DNA of 6,030 nucleotides from contig NW_021829729.1 in the NCBI RefSeq assembly GCF_006345805.1, positions 1 through 6,030 of the forward strand, given 5' to 3'. Origin of the DNA: Octopus sinensis (taxonomy: Eukaryota). This document shows, in pieces, positions 1 to 6,030 of the stretch (its first letter is position 1; the number at the start of each line of letters is the position of its first letter). The notes below the pieces were generated by a model. It was not told the DNA's origin. It did not search any database and worked only from the letters and a program-made list of their open reading frames with translations. The position numbers and the translations under genes were made by a program.

Positions 1-130
1 ACATAAATTACTGGATATACAACATTTAACAAATTGTTCAGCTACATTGCAATACTAACGTAAAGGTATATATATATATAACTACAAAACAAGAAAAGTA
101 AAATTAAACCTGATTTCCTACAGATAACAT

Positions 131-199
131 GTGTGCGTGAGTGTGTGTGTTTATGTATGCGTATATGTTTGTATCTTTGCACGTATGTGTACATATATA
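131..199. repeat. Degenerate (GT)n/(AT)n low-complexity tract
   Basis: Alternating purine-pyrimidine sequence gtgtgcgtgagtgtgtgtgt...gtgtacatatata, seen directly. Confidence 0.8.
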
Positions 200-447
200 T
201 ATTTCTTTATTACCCACAAGAGGCTAAACATAGAGGGGACAAACAAGGACAAAGTATTAAGTCGATTATATCGACCCCAGTACTCAACTGGTACTTAATG
301 TATCAACCCCTGAAAGGATGAAAGGCAAAGTCGACCTCGGCGGAATTTGAACTCAGAACGTAACGGCAGACGAAATACGGCTACGCATTTCGCCCGGCGT
401 GCTAACGTTTCTGCCAGCTCGCCGCCTTCTTATATGTGTACATATAT
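184..447. repeat. Probable target-site duplication TATGTGTACATATAT (184-198 and 433-447)
   Basis: Exact 15-nt direct repeat on both sides of the SINE. There are 6 extra nt (427-432) between the SINE 5' end and the right copy. The low complexity of the repeat lowers confidence. Confidence 0.65.
200..426 (-). mobile_element. tRNA-derived SINE, full length (octopus-type, with a Meta/MESC-like central domain)
   Basis: The minus strand starts GGCGGCGAGC, with a Pol III A-box-like TGGCAGAAACG (416-406) and B-box GTTCAAATTCC (352-342). The core reads GCCTTTCATCCTTTCAGGGGTTGATACATTAAGTACCAG and the 3' end AATAAAGAAATA. A homologous copy lies at 3811-3945, and a 15-bp direct repeat flanks it (184-198, 433-447). 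Family and domain names are from recall, not from a search. Confidence 0.9.
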
Positions 448-838
448 CTTAGCTCTTAGATCTCCCAGTGCTGTTAGCACAACGGGCAACGAGACTTCTC
501 TAAGACACCCCAATTGCTCGCGTTTCTTTTGGCTAACTCCCATCCATGATGTTGTCTAGGAACGTTTTGCGCCACATCTTCTTTCGTCTCTTCTTGGATT
601 TTCTCCCCCCCCCCGGTGTCCATTTTATCATGGTGGTAGCATATCTATAATGCGGTAGCCAAAGCACATGGCCAGTAAACCGTATCCACCGCTTAGTCAC
701 CATGTCCTGCAAACTTCCCATGCCTACTATTATCGTTACCTCTTTGCTCCTAACTCCTGGTAAGGGATATTCAGGATGGACTGTATGCAGCGTTGATGGA
801 ACACGTCCTACGCTTGAGGGATCTTCGCTGTCTTGTAC
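448..838 (-). mobile_element. 5'-truncated, decayed RTE-clade LINE (C-terminal region after RT, plus 3' end)
   Basis: Minus-strand translation across frameshifts gives KTAKIPQA*DVFHQRCIQSILNIPYQ / VRSKEVTIIVGMGSLQDMVTKRWIRFTGHVLWLP...IKWTPGGGRKSKKRRKKMWRKTF / ...VS*RSLVARCANSTGRSKS*. This matches the RTE C-terminal pattern (FHxRCLRxIL, RRLRWxGHVxR, WxPxGxRxRGRPxxxW). It ends in a short repeat-like CTAAGAGCTAAG. It has stops and a frameshift near 755. Confidence 0.85.
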
Positions 839-839
839 G

Positions 840-927
840 TGCGCGCGTGTGTGTGTGTATGAGTGTGATGAGTGTGCGTGTGTGAGAGAGAGAGAGAGAG
901 TGTGTGTGTGTGAGTGTAAGTGTGTGT

Positions 928-973
<46 letters not shown>
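840..973. repeat. Compound (GT)n/(GA)n microsatellite
   Basis: Directly visible, including a long pure GT run at about 929-972. Confidence 0.97.
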
Positions 974-975
<2 letters not shown>

Positions 976-995
976 ATATTTCTTCAACTTTCGTA

Positions 996-1032
996 AAGGG
1001 CTCGATGAATTAGAACAATTCATCGAGCCCTT
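996..1032. repeat. Perfect inverted repeat, 16-bp arms and 5-nt loop
   Basis: AAGGGCTCGATGAATT (996-1011), AGAAC, AATTCATCGAGCCCTT (1017-1032). The arms are exact reverse complements. Confidence 0.95.
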
Positions 1033-1822
1033 GTGAATTCCATTTCAGAGCAACGGTTGTTAGATTTTAACATGGATTCACAACAAAATATCTATGCATT
1101 CATTTTAATATATACACGTACATTATACATGAGATATATTTTTGTAGTGTCGCTCTGAATTTAAACTATTCTATTTCTTTGAGCTCGTTATTGAAATTCG
1201 AAATTTCTGAATTATATATTAAATTCTGACGGCTGAGCAATTTTACTACTCATTTCATTAAACGTGTCGGTTGCTACGAAATTTCGGAGACAGATAATTA
1301 TTTACAAGTATATACATCTGCGGAATTCAAGGATTTCATGATAGTTAGATTCAATATAACGTTAAACGCGTTTCCCATAAAACTTCGCTCGCTCTTGTTT
1401 CGAACAGAATGCCATTAGTTTGCGTTAAAAGAAAAAAAAAATTAAAAAGTGATGAATGCTTTCTATTTTCTGTTGTTGTGTAAGTTCTATCATACACAAG
1501 TTTTTAATGCAGCTTGTAGCGACCATAACGACTAGTTTTTATTTTTCGTCAGTGTTTCAACACCTTAAGACATGATAATGTCTTGTTGAGAATTGCATGA
1601 AAGCAAAAGTAAATTATAAAACTTTATATGTAGGACTCCTGACAGCTTTTTTGCCTCAAACATCTCTAAACTGCCTTAGTATTGCTATAGATTTCTCATT
1701 CAATTTAACTTGAAATATAAACAATATCAACATAGGTAGTATAACCTCCCAAGTAAATATCAGTAGGAAAAATATTGGAGAGATTAAAGAAAGTTGTTTA
1801 AACGTATACAAAATGCAGTGGA

Positions 1823-1847
1823 ATATATATATATATATATATATATA
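1823..1847. repeat. (AT)12 microsatellite
   Basis: Directly visible. Confidence 0.95.
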
Positions 1848-3745
1848 GTTTTTCGCTGGAAATCTCGCATAAACTTAACCCAAAACTTTCGTAACTATAT
1901 TTCTTCTCTGATAAATATGGTTTTAAGTTCGTACATTCGTAGAATGTCAATAATTTGGGTTTAATTCCTTTAGTTTGTTTTACTATGTTTTTATTTTTAT
2001 TATATTATTTCATTATTCTTATCTTATACAATGGGTATGTTGCATAGTGTAAAGTATGGGTATATTATGATGAGGCAGCTCTAGTACATAATATTTATTT
2101 AAAGAACCTCGATAGGTAAAACGCCAACTGCAACATAGTTGGATTTGATTTCAGCATTTATAGAGTCTGAAACGATTATTGAAATATATCTGGTACTTAT
2201 CACCTCGGTTACTTACTGTCATTTTATGCTGCAATAATCATCAGTGTTAATTCGCTGAGAATTGCAGATGTTCAAACTTTCGATTCTTTTAAAAGCTTTA
2301 CTATAACCATGTGCTGTGCGTGGATAAAGCTTAACGCTGTACAAAGCAGGGACATCGCATAAGCAACACGTGTTTTATTGTGTGCTGTGCTGTGAGTCGA
2401 ATGAGTTAATAATCTACGAACTTTGTTGTCAATAACTAATATAGTTCAAAATAATTAGCACTAATACGGAAGCTAGTGAATGCGGCTTAATTGTATTTCT
2501 AAAACAGCAGTGAAGGCTATTCGAAAATGAGACTTCCCTCCCCTTGACCTTTTCAGGGCCTGCAAGACTAATGGAATGGAAGCAGGAACTTTCTCCTGAC
2601 GGAAATGAGGTTTAGCTGTTATGAAGAGAGCGACGTAGGCAGAAAGCACCCAATGTTTACTACTAAATTTTTAACATTGAATATTTTTGAAAAAATGGTT
2701 AGTAACAGTAATATCTCAAACCATGATAAATTTATCAACATCAACTAATTAATGCATATTATAAATAAATGTTATCTTTATTACCTATATAAGCAATTTC
2801 GAGAATAAAGTATGATGATCCTTGGAATCAAAACTAGCTATGTCTCATTTTCCAGGTAAAATGCTTCGGAAAGACTTAATTTTTACAATCTGCTATTTGA
2901 CGTCATTTGTTCTTAGAAAAATATTTCAAATTTATATCTGGGAAGTGTAGAATGATGACGACAAATGTATCTCTTATGGAGAATGATCTTTAAAAAATCC
3001 AAGAGCAAAGCGAACCTTTCCTTTTGATGTTGGCTTTACAATCAATATTGGTTTTCCAATAACAACTCATAATCCCATGTTTATTAGATTTCACTAGAGA
3101 TTTGTCTGAAATATCTAAGTATGGATGTTTCAGATCCTTCTTCAAAGTCATTCTTCGCAAAACGACTATCCTTTGTTTTCATTATAGAATGGATCAGAGT
3201 ATTACTTTCGCGAGCATGTCTTTAAATAACATCTAAGCCACTTCCCTCTAGAATTTCAATGGAGCATGACCAGTCAACAGAAAAACAAAAAAGAAAAAAA
3301 TAAGGAATTGAACACTATCACTTATCAATTTGTTTTGCGCAAAATCGTGTCATCCAAGGGATGTAAAGTGCTAACATTCTAAGCTTTTAACAATTAGAAT
3401 GTCGAAATAATATTACAAGATAGGTTCACTTATGTGCTGGGTATTTTATTGTGAAGGTACTAGAGTAGTGTTATGTTTTCTTACGCCTTGTTAGTTGCTG
3501 CATAACTTGAAAGAAAAATATTCCATCCGTGAGATCTAATAGGAGTTCTGCTAAACAGTCATCTGCAGTTATGATGGGTTATTTTATAACTTCTAAGTAT
3601 TGGTGTACGAGTCTAGTAAGTAACAGTTGAAATCACCCGTCATTAATATATGCATGAGGAAACAAAGCTGTCAAGTAAGAATGTAACATTCCCTATGCAA
3701 ACACTGAAGGATGCGAGAGATGTCTGTCGTTCTATATACTACACT

Positions 3746-3809
3746 ATCATCATCATCAACATCGTCATTATTATTATTATCATTATTATTATGACGGTGA
3801 TGATGATGA
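3746..3809. repeat. Compound trinucleotide repeat (ATC)n-(ATT)n-(GAT)n
   Basis: Directly visible, immediately 5' of the second SINE. Confidence 0.9.
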
Positions 3810-3810
3810 A

Positions 3811-3988
3811 GACGGCGAGCTGGCAGAATCTTCCGGCTCTTTACGTTCCGAGTTCAGATTCCGCCGAGTTCAACTTTGCCTTTTATATACTTTTGAGGTG
3901 ATAAAATAAGTACAGCTGGGCCCTGGGACTGATGTAATCAATTAACCCTCCCCACAAAATTGCTGGTCTTATGTCTATATTAGAAAAG
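3811..3988 (+). mobile_element. tRNA-derived SINE, diverged copy with internal deletion and alternative 3' tail
   Basis: GACGGCGAGCTGGCAGAATC...TTACGTTCCGAGTTCAGATTCCGCCGAGTTCAACTTTGCCTTT...AAGTACAG...GATGTAATCAATTAA aligns to the reverse complement of 257-426. A-box at 3821-3830, B-box at 3852-3862. It is followed by an (ATT)n tract. Confidence 0.88.
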
Positions 3989-4097
3989 ATTATTATTATT
4001 AGTATTATATTATTATTATTATTATATTATTATTATTATTATATTATTATTATTATTAATATTATTATTATTATATATTATTATTATTATTATTATT
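3989..4097. repeat. Interrupted (ATT)n/(TAA)n array shared by the SINE tail and the RLE element tail
   Basis: Directly visible, with interruptions about every 17 nt. Confidence 0.95.
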
Positions 4098-4502
4098 TCT
4101 TTATCACAGGTTTTGTGGAGCTTCTAGAGTATTGCATGTGTAGCATGCTTACTACCTGCAGCCTATGGTACCATGCTATTCGTTATTTTCAATTATCTAA
4201 TACTTTCCTGATTATTCTCACCGTGCCAAGGAGGCAAACCTTTTGTAACAGTTCTACTAGAAATTTTATTCCAATTCTCTTTATATTCCTCCTGATGCCT
4301 TCTGATACTGCTCCCAAGGACCCAACAATAATTGGCACTATCATCACCTTCTTAATTTTCCATAGCCATGCTATTTCGTATCTATCTATCTTTTAGCCTT
4401 CCTTCTTTACTATTTTTGGGTCAAAGGGACGTGCAACATCAACTATATAGCATATGTGGGGCATCTTGTCCATCACCACTAGGTACGGTCTGTTATACTC
4501 TA
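4098..4502 (-). mobile_element. RLE non-LTR retrotransposon fragment B (R4/Dong-like): endonuclease C-terminus, stop codon and ~90-nt 3' UTR
   Basis: The frame from 4500 down reads EYNRPYLVVMDKMPHICYIVDVARPFDPKIVKKEG*KIDRYEIAWLWKIKKVMIVPIIVGSLGAVSEGIRRNIKRIGIKFLVELLQKVCLLGTVRIIRKVLDN* (TGA at 4191-4189, premature TAA at 4395-4393). It shows decayed RPD, D-V-x-x-P, K..Y, PIIVGxLG and LQKxxLLGT motifs, then a (TAA)n tail. It is absent from the supplied ORF track. Confidence 0.87.
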
Positions 4503-5047
4503 GTACCTGATGCGCCCACTATGATAGGAATTATTTCTCTTTTTAGACTCCACATTCGAGTTACCTCTATTTCATGGTCTTTGTATTTTGAAAGTTTCTC
4601 CATTTCTTTTAGAGAAACATTGTCATCTGTTGGTATTGATACATCAATTAGAATGCATTTTTTCTTTATGATCTCTGACAACTATATCTGGCCTATTGGC
4701 CTTAATTTCTCTATCTGTATGTATTGGCATATCCCATATTATTGTTGCTTTCTCATTTTCTGTGACCTTTTCTGGCGTGTGCTTATACCAACTTTTTTCT
4801 GTTGGTATTCCATAGTGTTGGCATAGCTTGCAGTGTATGTGGGGCCCAACTCTGTCGTGTCTGTTAATATATTCCTTCTTAGCCAGAACTGGGCTGCCAG
4901 AGACAATATCAATTATTGTTTCTTGTCCATCTCCACATATTCTGCAGTTACTTGTTACGTGTCTTTTCATTATGTTTTTGGTAATTCCTGGTGGGGAGGG
5001 TTTGTGTCCTCAGATTCTCAGTCATTGCTGGGATTTTGCTTTGTCTG

Positions 5048-5048
<1 letters not shown>
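4503..5048 (-). mobile_element. RLE non-LTR retrotransposon fragment A (R4/Dong-like): CCHC zinc knuckle plus PD-(D/E)xK endonuclease, truncated at both ends
   Basis: ORFs 4644-4970 and 4493-4681 join through a frameshift in the A-run at 4658-4663. The joined product reads QTLPTRNYQKH / MKRHVTSNCRICGDGQETIIDIVSGSPVLAKKEYINRHDRV...IIWDMPIHTDREIKANRPDIVVRDHKE / KCILIDVSIPTDDNVSLKEMEKLSKYKDHEIEVTRMWSLKREIIPIIVGASG. The knuckle H and last C positions read D and S, so the copy is dead. The clade call rests on recalled motifs. Confidence 0.9.

Positions 5049-5092
<44 letters not shown>
5049..5092. repeat. (TTA)14 perfect microsatellite
   Basis: Directly visible, abutting the 5' truncation point of fragment A. 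Confidence 0.97.
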
Positions 5093-5129
5093 GGTTTGAT
5101 TGGTTGGTTGGCTGGCTGGTTGGTAGGTT
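5091..5129. repeat. Degenerate (TTGG)n tetranucleotide repeat
   Basis: ttggtttgattggttggttggctggctggttggtaggtt. Confidence 0.85.
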
Positions 5130-5754
5130 AAATTTATAATGTACTGCACTGACATATATGCTGACAAACATGCCAATTACCTGGGTGAGGGAGTTGGTCA
5201 TTAAAAGATAGTGATAAATTCTACATAGTTTTTTGACTATATGATGAGTGTTTTCATGAATATCTCAATTAGACTGCAGAGAGAACCATATGCCACCCTG
5301 TAAAAATCTACCGTACTAAGTATGTACAAATACTACCTTCAGCTTATAGTTTTAGCATTCATAAACATTGGTGGTAGAAAGTTTAGAAAGTACGCTTGCA
5401 AACACTAATGCAGTGGTCTAGCTTTTTATAATTTAATCCGCGATTTAAATGGGACTCTATATATAAAAAAAAAAGGATTTCGTCCGATAGTAAAATGTCA
5501 ACCAATATATACTTGAAGCAAGAAAAACTGTCTATTAAACCAACCTCAGAACATACGCATTTACTATAACTAGTGAGGAAGAACGCTCGATTCGCTAGAC
5601 ATAATGACGTTATTTGGTTAGGCGTTCGAAGAGGAAATATGTGACATTTACAAAATATTCCCTTCAAAATATATGACAATAATCCGAGTGAAGCTGAGAG
5701 CTAAATTATGGCTTTAAATATTCATTTGATAAAATCATGAAATATATAAATTCA

Positions 5755-5925
5755 CACGTATATACATAAATACATAAATATATACGCACATAAAACACAT
5801 GCATATATACATGCATGCATACATAAATTAGTATGTATACATACATTCACATATACATATATATGTACATGCTGTGTATATATGTGTATATATATATATA
5901 TAGGTATATATGTATGTATGTATGT
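5755..5925. repeat. Degenerate (ACAT)n/(TA)n/(ATGT)n low-complexity tract
   Basis: Directly visible. Confidence 0.85.
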
Positions 5926-5953
5926 CTATAAAGAAAGAAAAGCAAAGTGTATG

Positions 5954-5954
5954 T

Positions 5955-5987
<33 letters not shown>

Positions 5988-6007
5988 TGAGTGAGTGAGA
6001 GTGAGAG
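5954..6007. repeat. (GA)n/(GAGT)n microsatellite
   Basis: Directly visible. Confidence 0.92.
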
Positions 6008-6030
6008 CTCGATAGAAAGACTATATATAA

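Noticed and set aside
342-426. tRNA gene
   Set aside because: The A/B boxes belong to a SINE head. There is no convincing cloverleaf, and the sequence continues into the SINE core.
133-559. + strand ORFs 133-321 and 347-559
   Set aside because: They are read-through of microsatellite and of antisense SINE/RTE sequence, with no protein-like features.
702-1023. ORFs with poly-CV and poly-HT tracts
   Set aside because: Translation artefacts of the (GT)n repeat, not metal-binding proteins.
2365-2905. E-box palindrome AACACGTGTT (2365-2374) and CRE TGACGTCA (2898-2905)
   Set aside because: Isolated short motifs without promoter context can occur by chance.
2910-3280. Short open frames on the minus strand (e.g. 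MTLKKDLKHPYLDISDK...)
   Set aside because: All frames are interrupted by stops and I recognise no domain. BLASTX would be needed to exclude an old transposon remnant.
3650-4396. Hydrophobic ORFs 3650-3901 and 3971-4396 (poly-I/L/Y)
   Set aside because: Produced by (ATT)n repeats, SINE sequence and the antisense of the RLE fragment. They are not membrane proteins.
4644-4681. Programmed frameshift between the overlapping minus-strand ORFs
   Set aside because: The shift lies in a homopolymer run, in a copy with other frameshifts, stops and mutated zinc ligands. Decay or sequencing error is simpler.
5091-5129. Telomeric repeat or G-quadruplex
   Set aside because: The unit is TTGG rather than TTAGGG, and it has only GG runs. 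It is an ordinary microsatellite.
4368-5139. + strand ORFs 4368-4826, 4828-5139 and 4833-5099
   Set aside because: Antisense shadows of the minus-strand retrotransposon coding sequence, plus (TTA)n.
5383-5679. 98-aa minus-strand ORF
   Set aside because: No recognisable motif or splice support, and the length is compatible with chance.
1-6030. CRISPR array, prokaryotic operon or defence system
   Set aside because: There is no repeat-spacer array or gene-dense organisation. The PD-(D/E)xK nuclease here is a retrotransposon domain in eukaryotic DNA.

Overview
AT-rich, microsatellite-dense eukaryotic non-coding DNA (intron or intergenic). It is probably cephalopod/octopus, inferred from the SINE family and repeat content and not verified. 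I find no intact protein-coding gene, RNA gene or CRISPR array. The interpretable content is retroposon debris. (1) A full-length tRNA-derived SINE (200-426, -) with a 15-bp flanking direct repeat. (2) An adjacent 5'-truncated RTE-clade LINE 3' end (448-838, -). (3) A second SINE with the same head and core but an internal deletion and a different tail (3811-3988, +). (4) A decayed R4/Dong-like restriction-like-endonuclease (RLE) non-LTR insertion (4098-5048, -), bracketed by (TAA)n arrays and made of two different RLE elements fused together. The region ~1040-3740 is unexplained apart from a perfect hairpin just upstream (996-1032) and a weak candidate micro-exon. I see no evidence for a wholly new biological system. 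The best leads are the RLE chimera, its use of a SINE tail as target site, and a possible SINE/RLE-LINE shared 3' end.
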